Below, in pieces: positions 1-9,300 of a stretch of 64,000 nucleotides of DNA. The stretch is taken from assembly GCA_963768425.1 (NCBI GenBank), contig CAVYHV010000014.1, positions 305,530-369,529 on the forward strand, given 5' to 3'. Numbering within the stretch: the stretch's first letter is position 1; the number at the start of each line of letters is the position of its first letter. The notes below the pieces were generated by a model that had not been told where the DNA came from, searched no databases, and worked only from the letters and a program-made list of their open reading frames with translations. This stretch comes from Candidatus Bathyarchaeota archaeon (GTDB lineage: Archaea > Thermoproteota > Bathyarchaeia > Bathyarchaeales > Bathycorpusculaceae). Made by a program: the position numbers and the translations under genes.

Positions 1-782
1 GAATCAGAAAAAACCAGCCCCCTATCGAGCCGAACTCGAAGCTGAATAGGGCTGCGAATTTCCTGTACATGCTCTCAGGCAATGAGCCAGAGGAGGAGAC
101 AGCTAAGGATTTTGACACCTCGTTGGTCTTGCATGCTGAACACTCGTTTAATGCCTCTACTTTTGCCGCAAGGGTTGTGGCTTCAACGCGGGCTCACATG
201 TACGCCGCAGTCAGCGCTGCCGTCGGGTCGCTTTCAGGCGAATTGCACGGCGGAGCGAACATGCAGGTTATGAGGAACCTCGTTGAAATCGACGATCCAG
301 CCAAAGTTGAAGCTTGGGTTAAAGCGAAATTTGACAACCATGAACGCATCATGGGCATGGGTCACGCAGTGTACAAAGCCTTAGACCCCAGAGCTGATTT
401 GCTTCGGCACATCTCCGAGAAACTTGCGCGGCGAACAGGCGAACCGAAATGGTACCTAATGACTAAAGAAATCGAATTTAACACTCAACGCGAGTACCGA
501 GTGCGCAAAGGCGGCGAAATCTACCCTAACGTAGACCTATACAGCGCCTCCGTCTACCATATGCTCGGCATCCCTGATGACTTGTTCACACCCATCTTTG
601 CTGTAGCAAGAGTCCCAGGATGGGCAGCACACATTATCGAAGAAAAGTTTCCTGCGCCGCCGATTAAGCCTGAACTTTACCGCCCCAGCGCACAATACGA
701 AGGCAACTACTGTGGAGCTGTAGGCTGCAAATACGAACCCATGGCTAAACGGGCAACAGAAAGCCAACAACAAACAAAGTGA
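1..782 (+). CDS. Citrate/2-methylcitrate synthase (5' end outside window)
   Basis: HAEHSFNASTFAARV, GELHGGAN, MGMGHAVYK and YPNVDLYS motifs; frame is open back to position 3 (IRKNQPPIEPN...AANFLYML). Confidence 0.92.
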   Translation, partial: IRKNQPPIEPNSKLNRAANFLYMLSGNEPEEETAKDFDTSLVLHAEHSFNASTFAARVVASTRAHMYAAVSAAVGSLSGELHGGANMQVMRNLVEIDDPAKVEAWVKAKFDNHERIMGMGHAVYKALDPRADLLRHISEKLARRTGEPKWYLMTKEIEFNTQREYRVRKGGEIYPNVDLYSASVYHMLGIPDDLFTPIFAVARVPGWAAHIIEEKFPAPPIKPELYRPSAQYEGNYCGAVGCKYEPMAKRATESQQQTK

Positions 783-812
783 CCAAAAAGTTTTCGCGCA
801 GAGAGAAAGATG

Positions 813-1547
813 CTATCCAGAGGCACTGTTTTTTGGCCGCAGCTCATCCATGATTCTTTTTCTAATTTCCATGATATGCTTTGTAACCTGAATAGATTTA
901 GGGCAAACCACCGTGCATCGATAGTAAGATTTGCAGCTCCATGCACCATGCGGCTTATCCATAATTTGCAGGCGTTCAAGCATGTCTTTGATGCGGCTGT
1001 CAAAAATGTATCTGTGCGCCCTAACGATGGCGGCTGGCCCTACATAGCTGGGATCTTCTTTCTGGCTGACAGGGCAAGCAGAGACGCAACAGGCGCACAT
1101 AATGCATTTGATGTCATCGTCAAACTGCGATCGCTCCTCAACCGTCTGCCGATGCTCTTTGCCTTCTTCTGCTGCCGTCAAGCTTATCCCCTGGGACGAG
1201 TGAACAGATTTTTCCTTCGCAAAAAACTCGTCCAAGTCCACCACTAAATCTTTCACGACGGGAAACACGCTAAGAGGCTCAATCAGGATTTCTTTGTCAA
1301 CTGGATAGTCTTTCACAAGTTTTTGGCATGCCAAAGCTGAAACCCCATTGATCGTCATGCCGTCGGAACCGCAGATACCATGGGCGCAACTCATTCGGTA
1401 AGCTAAGCTTCCATCTTGTTCCCATCGAACCTTATTGAGGCAGTCAAGAAGCCTATCTGTTGATTTGGCGTCAACAACGAATAAGTCGTAACGTGGTTCT
1501 TTGTCAGCTTTAGGGTCGAACCGGAAGATTTTCAACTTGACGTTCAT
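813..1547 (-). CDS. sdhB: Succinate dehydrogenase/fumarate reductase iron-sulfur subunit
   Basis: SCAHGICGSDG...LAC, CIMCACCVSACP and CKSYYRCTVVCP Fe-S motifs; ATG at 1547 follows the sdhA stop. Confidence 0.93.
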   Translation of the reverse strand: MNVKLKIFRFDPKADKEPRYDLFVVDAKSTDRLLDCLNKVRWEQDGSLAYRMSCAHGICGSDGMTINGVSALACQKLVKDYPVDKEILIEPLSVFPVVKDLVVDLDEFFAKEKSVHSSQGISLTAAEEGKEHRQTVEERSQFDDDIKCIMCACCVSACPVSQKEDPSYVGPAAIVRAHRYIFDSRIKDMLERLQIMDKPHGAWSCKSYYRCTVVCPKSIQVTKHIMEIRKRIMDELRPKNSASG

Positions 1548-1548
1548 G

Positions 1549-3274
1549 CTAGTACTTCCTCGCTTTAGGTTCAAAACGAGTAATACTCACGGGTTTATAC
1601 CGAGCTTCGAGTCCGTTGGCAGTGTGGAATATGAGTGAGTGCTTAAGCCAGACTTCGTCGTTGCGGCTGGGAAAGTCGTTGCGGAAGTGAGCTCCTCGGC
1701 TTTCTTCACGTTTCAGTGCAGAATAAACGATTACTTTTGAAAGCTTCAGCATATTATCGAGCTCAAGCGCTCCCTCAAGCTCATAGTTGAAAGATTTGCC
1801 ACGGTAGCTGAGACCAAGATTAGCCGCTCTACCTTGAAGTCCCTGGATCCTGCTTAGAGCCTGCTCTAACCCCACTTTGTCGCGGAAAACGCTGCATAAG
1901 TGAGTCATCACTTTCTCCATTTCCACGCGTATCTCGGCAACACGTTCCTTTCCAGTAGAAGCCAGAAGGGAATCTATTCTTGAAAAAACCATTTGCTCAG
2001 CATCTGCGTCAAGAGGGGTTTGAGAGGTTTCGCCGACATAATTCGCAATGTGCAGTCCGGCCCGTTTTCCGAAAACAACCAGATCAACCAACGAATTTGT
2101 TCCAAGCCTGTTGGCTCCATGAACACTTACGCATGCACATTCACCCGCCGCATACAACCCAGGAATGACAGCGGATTTTTCATCTGCAAGGACGCGTGCT
2201 TGAGCGTCAGTGGGGATGCCGCCCATCATGTAGTGACAGGTTGGCGCAACAGGAATCGGCGATTCGCTAGCGTCTATACCTAAGTAGGTCTTGACGAACG
2301 ATGTGACCTCCGAGAGTTTCTGCTGCAACTGATCTTTGCCAAGATGCGTTAAATCCAAGTAAACGTAGTCTGAGCCTTCGATACCTCTGCCTTCGGCGAC
2401 TTCGGTTAAAATGGCTCTGGAAATGATGTCTCTTGGCGCCAGGTCCTTCAGCGACGGCGCGTAACGTTCCATAAACCGCTCGCCCTTGCCGTTACGCAAC
2501 ACGCCGCCTTCAGCTCGAGCCGCTTCGCTGACCAAGATGCCTAAACCGTGAATCCCAGTTGGATGGAATTGAACGAACTCCATATCTTCAAGCGGAACCC
2601 CCGCTTCAAAAGCCAAAGCGAAGCCATCTCCCGTAGCGGCAAAAGACATAGAAGTCGTTTGAAAGATTCTGCCGCAGCCCCCCGTAGCTAACAAAACTGC
2701 TTTCGCATGAAAAACCACCGATTCGCCCGTCGCCAACTCGTATCCCGAAACGCCGCAGCATCGTCCTTAAGGCATCAGAAGCGAGGTAACAAAGACTTCG
2801 TTGAATATTTTTACGCCTCGAACCATGCAGTGGTCGTAGAGCGTGTCCATAATAACGCGCCCCGTCCTGTCAGATGCATAGCAAGCCCTCTTCACAGGCG
2901 CCTCCCCGAAGTTTCTGGTGTGCCCTCCAAATCGTCGCTGCTCAATTGTTCCTTTCTCGTTGCGGCTGAAGGGTACGCCAAGATGCTCCAGCTCAATCAC
3001 TCTCTCAGGGGCTTCCCGAGCCAGAATTTCAGCCATATCCTGGTCTGCCAAGTAGTCGCTTCCTTTCACTGTGTCAAACATGTGCCATTCCCAGTGGTCT
3101 TCCTCCTCATTTCCAAGAGCCGCCGCAATACCGCCTTGAGCCGCTCCACTGTGACTTCGAGAAGCATACACCTTGCTGATGACAGCTACGTTGCAGGTTT
3201 CTGACGCCGTCAAGGGCAGCAGTCATGCCAGCAATGCCTGCGCCAACGATCACCACATCAAATTCATGAATCAT
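1549..3274 (-). CDS. sdhA: Succinate dehydrogenase/fumarate reductase flavoprotein subunit (split by 2 apparent frameshifts)
   Basis: DVVIVGAGIAG, RSHSGAAQGG (covalent FAD His), FVQFHPTG, HYMMGG, SVHGANRLGTNSL and ESRGAH spread over ORFs 3107-3295, 2767-3213 and 1549-2736. Confidence 0.92.
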
Positions 3275-4394
3275 GCCTTTTTCCGTCCTGTTCACTGAAG
3301 AATAGGATATCCCGGTTGACTTCTGAGAGCGAGTCGCAACTTGTCATAACCATAGCCATCCGCAAATCACTCTTCACATAGTTGATGTACATTGCCACAG
3401 CTTCGGGTCCGCCTGCAAGGCTCATCCACGCAAGTGGTCTTCCAATCAACGCCACATCCGCTCCCAACGCCAGAAGCTTAAGAACATCGAAACCTGTTCT
3501 TACCGCGCCATCAGCCATTATAGTGATTTTGCCTTTGAACTTGTCAACGATTTCCGGCAGGACCTCCGCTACGCCTTTTCCGCAATCCATTACTCTGCCG
3601 CCGTGGTTACTGACATCAAGCGCTTTTGCTCCGGAATCAGCCACTTTGCCCGCGTCCTCCACATTCATGATGCCCTTGAAGATGACGGGTTTTTCTGTGG
3701 CGTCGACTAGTTCTTTGAGATCACTTTCGCTTTTACGGTAAAGTGGCTTGCCTCTCAGCGCCCAGTTAGTTGAGCCGTAGCCATCTAAGTCAACGCCGAT
3801 AGCTAATACGTCGGCATCTTCACAACGCTTAAACAGATTTAGAAGACGCTCTTGCGACTGCGGTTTGAAAACAGGGATGCCCCAGCCGCCGATCCCGCCA
3901 ATAACATCTATCCCAGGATGGTCAGGTGCATCAACGGTGTTTCCGCTTAACCCGATGGTGCCTGCCTGCTTAGCGCCTTCCACCATGCCACGCTGGAATT
4001 CCTCTTCACTCAACGCGTTATTCATGCTTATCAGTGTCCCGCTTATGCTTGTCGCCAACACGGGTAAAGAAATGCGGTTACCCAGAAAAGTTGTTTCTAA
4101 TTTTGGTTCGCGATGCTCTTTGATGACTTGCATCTTGAGCGTGTATCGTGAAAGAGCTTGAAAGTTTGCGCTCCAAGTTTTGCCCTGACCTGCGCCTCCG
4201 AAACCGATGGGTTTCCCGTACTTCATTCCTTGGCAAAGCCTATCAGGGTCTCCATCGCACACTTTGTTTACAGCGCAGACCTTCGAGAGTTGTTTTCTGG
4301 CGATGTCCCGATAGTAGGATATGTCTTTTAGAGGTTTTTCATTTGTCGATGGATAGTGTTCTTTCGTATTTTTCCCTTGCAGATATGAATTCAT
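3264..4394 (-). CDS. FMN-dependent alpha-hydroxyacid dehydrogenase/oxidase with Cys-rich N-terminus
   Basis: PVIFKGI, VSNHGGR, ADGAVRTGFDVLKLLALGA and IGRP motifs; N-terminal CAVNKVCDGDPDRLC. Confidence 0.88.
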   Translation of the reverse strand: MNSYLQGKNTKEHYPSTNEKPLKDISYYRDIARKQLSKVCAVNKVCDGDPDRLCQGMKYGKPIGFGGAGQGKTWSANFQALSRYTLKMQVIKEHREPKLETTFLGNRISLPVLATSISGTLISMNNALSEEEFQRGMVEGAKQAGTIGLSGNTVDAPDHPGIDVIGGIGGWGIPVFKPQSQERLLNLFKRCEDADVLAIGVDLDGYGSTNWALRGKPLYRKSESDLKELVDATEKPVIFKGIMNVEDAGKVADSGAKALDVSNHGGRVMDCGKGVAEVLPEIVDKFKGKITIMADGAVRTGFDVLKLLALGADVALIGRPLAWMSLAGGPEAVAMYINYVKSDLRMAMVMTSCDSLSEVNRDILFFSEQDGKRHDS

Positions 4395-4561
4395 TGTTCA
4401 TTTATTTCTTTCAGGTTGCCTTTCCAGTGCCCGCAGACCGGGCATCGCCAAGTTTGAGGAATTCCCTCCAATTTCATGCTTGGCGGCAGCTCTGCTACTA
4501 AGTCGCCTTTTTCATCATCAAACGTAAAGCTCCTGCAGAACTCACACATAAACTTCAACAA
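4391..4561 (-). CDS. Rubredoxin (possibly the N-terminal domain of the downstream dehydrogenase)
   Basis: CEFC...FDDEKGD...IPQTWRCPVCG; TTG start after a GGTG RBS-like sequence. Confidence 0.8.
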   Translation of the reverse strand: MLKFMCEFCRSFTFDDEKGDLVAELPPSMKLEGIPQTWRCPVCGHWKGNLKEINEQ

Positions 4562-4743
4562 TAACACCGAGCAAAACTGATTTTGGGTCACTGTGCCCTG
4601 ATTAATTCCAAGTTTATCGTTTCTAAAAAACTTTTGCAACTCAGCGGTAAGAGCACTATCCTTTGGAAACCCTTAAATCGTTGCCTCAAACCCATTGTTA
4701 ATGATGATGTTTTTCATCTTTTTCTTAAAAAGAAGGCTTGTTT

Positions 4744-5595
4744 ATGAATGGAAAGGATTTTGCTTTTGATTTTGTAAAAATTGATATGCCACCTGAGAGA
4801 CCGAGAAACTCTGGTATAATAGAGTTTAGAGGACCGTACTATAACTCGGTCAGTTACGGCTTCTTGAAAGATTTGCTTGATGATTGGTCGTTTTACGTTG
4901 ACGGGTTCAAGTTTGCCGGCGGCTCGATGAGGCTACTTCCTAGGGCAAGAGTACGCCAAATTATTGGGGCATGCCATGAGCATGGGCTTTATGTTTCCAC
5001 CGGGGGATTTGTTGAGCGGGTAATTGTTCAAGGAAGCGAAACAGTTGACAACTATCTTGATGAATGTAGGCAGTTGGGGTTTGACGTTGTCGAAGTTTCA
5101 AGCGGTCTTGCACCGATTTCTCTGGAAGACAAACTGAAGATTATGAGCCAGGTTCAAAAGTTAGGCATGAAGCCTAAACCCGAGGTTACAATGATGATTG
5201 GGGCAGGTGCGGGCACACACATCGCTGGGTACGAGGCAGGCATGAAGCTGCGAAGCTTTGACGAGTTCTCAGAAGAAGTATCGACCCACCTCAAAGCAGG
5301 CGCAGAAATGATAATGATAGAATCCGAAGGTTTAACCGAAGATTTGCCGCCTGAACAATGGAAAACTGATGTCATCAAGAAAATCGTAGACAAGTTCGGA
5401 ACCAAAAATCTGATGTTTGAAGCTGCGGATCCTCCGGTGTTCAAGTGGTACCTCAAAAACTTCGGCAAAGACGTGAATTTGTTTATCGATTACTCGCAGA
5501 TAGTCGAGTTCACCGCTTGGAAAACTAAGCTTTGGGGAGACCCTGAAATCTGGTTGGGAAAACCCGTTAAATATAATAAGAACAAAAATCGATAA
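4744..5595 (+). CDS. comA: Phosphosulfolactate synthase ComA family protein (HSA32-like subfamily)
   Basis: PRNSGIIEFRGPYY, VDGFKFAGGS, GFDVVEVSSG, MIMIESEG and MFEAADP motifs. Confidence 0.8.
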   Translation: MNGKDFAFDFVKIDMPPERPRNSGIIEFRGPYYNSVSYGFLKDLLDDWSFYVDGFKFAGGSMRLLPRARVRQIIGACHEHGLYVSTGGFVERVIVQGSETVDNYLDECRQLGFDVVEVSSGLAPISLEDKLKIMSQVQKLGMKPKPEVTMMIGAGAGTHIAGYEAGMKLRSFDEFSEEVSTHLKAGAEMIMIESEGLTEDLPPEQWKTDVIKKIVDKFGTKNLMFEAADPPVFKWYLKNFGKDVNLFIDYSQIVEFTAWKTKLWGDPEIWLGKPVKYNKNKNR

Positions 5596-5666
5596 GGAAA
5601 AACAAAAAAGTGAGGCGGTTTCCACCGCAACGAACTCTGTCTCCAGATTTTTGAGTCAATGAAGTG

Positions 5667-7031
5667 CTAAGTGAAGACCAAATTCTCCGTCAACTTTCGA
5701 GCATCAATATTCTCCAGATGTGCCACCGCGTCCATAATTTCCTTTTTTCTCGCCTCTTCAACGAACATAGAGACAAGGGATGAAAACTTCTCAGTTGCAT
5801 CGGCCCAGCTCATCGGCCGCGTTAAGAACCCTTCATAATCGTCAACCGCTTTGGTTAGGGTTTTCCCGTTTTTTAGGCGGATTGTTATTTCACAGGGCAT
5901 GGCGTTTGGAAATCTCTTGCTTAACTCAGATGAAGGGACAATCTGGACCTTCTTTAAGAGAGCCTGCACATCGCTCCTCATTACTCTTTGGGGCAAATAT
6001 TGCTCCGGGGTAACCTTGCCATCGATTAAGGCAGCTGAGAGAATATATGGGAGACTATGATCTGCTTCCTCTTTCGTTCGGACCAGCTTTTTTTCGCCCT
6101 CTTCGCCGCCCCCAATAATCTTGTAAGCAACATCGAAAATGCGCACGTCAATTGAATCTGCATCTTGAACTCTGAGACCCTGCTTTCTTAACGATAGAAT
6201 GCAATCTATAGCGGATTGGGAATGTATTTCAGCATTGTATTTCTTCAGAATGGTGCGGTTCACTGCCTCAAGGTTCTCTTTTTTCCAGTCAATCTCGAAG
6301 CGCCCGGCAATAGAATCCATGAAGCCTTTGTTGCCTTCAAAAACTTCCAGCGGACCAGTGATTCCCTCGCTGGCCAGAAAAGTGGCGTGTAAAGCACAGG
6401 AAGCCATGAATGGGTATGCGATGCCTTTCCAGTTGGAGAGTTTCCCGGTTCTTGTGACACGAAGTGCGTTCAAGGATGTACCGCTGATGGCGATGGAGTT
6501 AGCGGTTTTGGCGGTGTCAAGCCTCAACGCTTTGGATACGCCCGCAGCTACAGCGTAGGCTCCCTGAGTCACATGGTCAAAGCCTTTGTCTCTTACAGGT
6601 GCAACCTCGCTTAAACGGCATTGAACCTGATAAGCCACAGCCAAAGCAACCAAAAATTCTTTCCCCGATGCACCAGCATACTCTGAAGCAGCCAGAACTG
6701 AAGCGAGATTGTCGCTTGGGTGACATGTTTCTCCTTTTGAGAGGAAACTGTCGTTAAAATCTAGGTACCTAACTAGCGTGCTATTTATCAGGGTAGCGCG
6801 ATCCGGAGCGGTTTTGGCTCCACCTATCAAAGTGCACAGAGGCAGTCCCCCGAACTCGCTTTCGACCTTACGTATGGACTTTACAGGTTGGCTTTGCAAT
6901 GCTCCTATGGCGCAACCAAACGAATCAAGAACCCTGATTTTTAGCTGCTCAACGGCTTTGCTTGACAGGTCCTCAAACCTGGACGCATGCACAAATTCAG
7001 CAAGTCCTTCAACACATGTCAATTGTAACAA
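5667..7031 (-). CDS. prpD: MmgE/PrpD family (2-methyl)citrate dehydratase
   Basis: RYLDFNDSF, CHPSDN, GFDHVT, LSNWKG, KKYNAEIHSQS and EEADHSLPY motifs. Confidence 0.9.
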   Translation of the reverse strand: MLQLTCVEGLAEFVHASRFEDLSSKAVEQLKIRVLDSFGCAIGALQSQPVKSIRKVESEFGGLPLCTLIGGAKTAPDRATLINSTLVRYLDFNDSFLSKGETCHPSDNLASVLAASEYAGASGKEFLVALAVAYQVQCRLSEVAPVRDKGFDHVTQGAYAVAAGVSKALRLDTAKTANSIAISGTSLNALRVTRTGKLSNWKGIAYPFMASCALHATFLASEGITGPLEVFEGNKGFMDSIAGRFEIDWKKENLEAVNRTILKKYNAEIHSQSAIDCILSLRKQGLRVQDADSIDVRIFDVAYKIIGGGEEGEKKLVRTKEEADHSLPYILSAALIDGKVTPEQYLPQRVMRSDVQALLKKVQIVPSSELSKRFPNAMPCEITIRLKNGKTLTKAVDDYEGFLTRPMSWADATEKFSSLVSMFVEEARKKEIMDAVAHLENIDARKLTENLVFT

Positions 7032-7145
7032 GTCTCCTTACAACAGTCCAATTTAGTTAAACTTGATTGACGCAATAAACTTAGCCCTCCAAAGCACACT
7101 TCGTTAGCCTAAAAAAATTCTTATTCAACGAAAACAAGTTAGCTA

Positions 7146-8309
7146 GTGATTATTTTGAATTTAACAGAGTACGAAGCAAAACAAGTTTTCTTCAATTATG
7201 GTATTCCGATTCCGAAAGGAACTTTAATTTCTGAATCCAAGCAAACCAAAGATAACATGAACAGTTTAAAGCCGCCATACATGGTTAAAGCGCAAGTTCC
7301 AGCAGGTGGAAGGGGAAAAGCTGGAGGAATTATATCTGTTTCATCAGTACACGAGGCAGAACAAGCCGCTGCCAAACTTCTTGGAACACAAATCAAGAAC
7401 CTTCTTGTAAAGCAAGTCCTAATCGAGGAAAAGCTCCCGGTAAAAAAGGAGTTGTATCTGGGAATCACAGTTGACCGCTTTAACCGTTGTTATGTTGCCT
7501 TGGCTTCTGCGGTGGGTGGCGTGGAAATCGAGGAAGTCGCCGAGAAAACTCCCGAAGCAATCTTCAGAGACAGGGTGGATTCTCAGCTGGGCATGCCTTC
7601 TTTTCAGGCATTAGCGATCGCGAAACAATTAGGTTATAGCGGCAGCCAGCTCTTAGAATTAGTAACTGTTATTCAGAAACTTTTTCGAGCGTGTGTTGAA
7701 AGCGACGCTGAAACGACGGAGATTAATCCTTTGGTGGAAACGGTAGCGGGAGGTTTTGTGGCTGCTGACGCTCGCATGGTTATTGATGATAATGCCCTGT
7801 TTAGGCATCCAGAGTATGAGGCAAAGCAAGTTCAATCGCTCTCGCCTGACGATACTTTAGCTTTGAAACACAGTTTAGCTTACGTTAAACTTGACGGCGA
7901 CATAGGCGTTGTCGGCAACGGCGCTGGGTTGGTTATGGCAACGCTTGATTTGTTGATTTTTTTCGGTGGCAAACCAGCAAATTTCTTAGATGTAGGCGGC
8001 GGAGCAAGCACGGAAGCAATCACTGCGGCTTTAGTAATAGTTCTTGGTGACTCAGCTACAAAAGCCGTTTTAGTCAACGTTCTGGGTGGAATAACGCGTT
8101 GTGACGATGTAGCAAGAGGCATAGTTGAAGCTATCAAAGAAACTAATTCAAAGAAGCCAGTGGTTGTTAGGCTTGTTGGCACGAACCAGCTGGAAGGACA
8201 AAAAATTCTCATCGACACTGGAATATCCGTTTTGGGCAGCATGGAGGAAGCAGCAAAGCTGGCAGTTGCGTATGCGGCGGAGGGAAGCGGTAATGGGGAT
8301 TTTGGTTGA
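7146..8309 (+). CDS. sucC: Succinyl-CoA synthetase beta subunit
   Basis: NLTEYEAK, VKAQVPAGGRGKAGG, EINPL, NGAGLVMATLD, PANFLDVGGG and GGITRCD motifs. Confidence 0.95.
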   Translation: MIILNLTEYEAKQVFFNYGIPIPKGTLISESKQTKDNMNSLKPPYMVKAQVPAGGRGKAGGIISVSSVHEAEQAAAKLLGTQIKNLLVKQVLIEEKLPVKKELYLGITVDRFNRCYVALASAVGGVEIEEVAEKTPEAIFRDRVDSQLGMPSFQALAIAKQLGYSGSQLLELVTVIQKLFRACVESDAETTEINPLVETVAGGFVAADARMVIDDNALFRHPEYEAKQVQSLSPDDTLALKHSLAYVKLDGDIGVVGNGAGLVMATLDLLIFFGGKPANFLDVGGGASTEAITAALVIVLGDSATKAVLVNVLGGITRCDDVARGIVEAIKETNSKKPVVVRLVGTNQLEGQKILIDTGISVLGSMEEAAKLAVAYAAEGSGNGDFG

Positions 8310-9189
8310 TTCTGGAACGAGAGCGATTGTTCAAGGCGCAACGGGCAAACAGGGCAGCTACCAAACTAGGCTAATGCTTGACTATGGCACGAAAATTGTG
8401 GCAGGAGTTGTGCCTGGCAAAGGCGGAACATTGGTAAACGGATTGCCCGTTTTTGATACAGTAAGTGAAACAGTCGATGCCTATTCTCCCAATGCCTCAA
8501 TAATTTTTGTGCCAGCGCCATTTGCGAAAGACGCTGTTTTGGAAGCAGCCGCCAGCAAAATCGAAACAGTCGTAGTAATCACTGAACATCTGCCAATAAG
8601 AGACACTATTAGCAGCTTAGGATACGCGGCTCATTCGAATGTCACGGTTGTTGGTCCGAACACGCCGGGAATCATTACGCCCGGTGAATGCAAACTTGGA
8701 ATAATGCCAGCAGACGTTTTTGCACCGGGAAGTATTGGTCTTGTTTCGAGAAGCGGAACTTTAACCTACGAAATAGCAGCCAGTCTCACAGCCAATGGTT
8801 TGGGTCAGTCGACCTGCCTTGGCGTCGGTGGCGACCCCGTCGTGGGCTTAAACTTCATTGACGCATTAGAACTATTCAAAGCTGACCCGAAAACGAAAGC
8901 GGTGGTTTTAATCGGTGAAATCGGCGGGAACATGGAAGAGCTGACAGCAGAATATATCGCCCAGACGCGTTACCCTAAGCCGGTTGTGGCTTACGTGGCC
9001 GGTCGCTTTGCGCCTGAAGGCAAGAGGATGGGTCACGCGGGAGCTATAATTACTGGAAAACAGGGAACGGCTCAAAGCAAGATTGACGCCTTTTTAAGTT
9101 CGGGTGTTAAGGTTGCTGAGAAGCCAAGCGACGTTGCAGCCATTTTGGCAACAGAAGTTGAGACACAAAAACAAGTTGCCGATAGCTGA
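8293..9189 (+). CDS. sucD: Succinyl-CoA synthetase alpha subunit
   Basis: VQGATGKQG, VGPNTPG, SRSGTLTYE, IGEIGG and RMGHAGA (phospho-His); ATG at 8293 overlaps the sucC end. Confidence 0.95.
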   Translation: MGILVDSGTRAIVQGATGKQGSYQTRLMLDYGTKIVAGVVPGKGGTLVNGLPVFDTVSETVDAYSPNASIIFVPAPFAKDAVLEAAASKIETVVVITEHLPIRDTISSLGYAAHSNVTVVGPNTPGIITPGECKLGIMPADVFAPGSIGLVSRSGTLTYEIAASLTANGLGQSTCLGVGGDPVVGLNFIDALELFKADPKTKAVVLIGEIGGNMEELTAEYIAQTRYPKPVVAYVAGRFAPEGKRMGHAGAIITGKQGTAQSKIDAFLSSGVKVAEKPSDVAAILATEVETQKQVADS

Positions 9190-9300
9190 ACTGTCGAGTA
9201 CAAGTGCTCGGTCGGGTTCCAAAAGATTTATCTTTAAACCTAAACAGAACTATTATATGATTGCCAAGTTGTTGGCAGTTTTTTGCAGCGAGCTGTCTTT

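Noticed and set aside
4744-5595. comA as evidence for coenzyme M synthesis or methanogenesis
   Set aside because: It is an HSA32-like subfamily member, and no comB-E or mcr genes are in the window.
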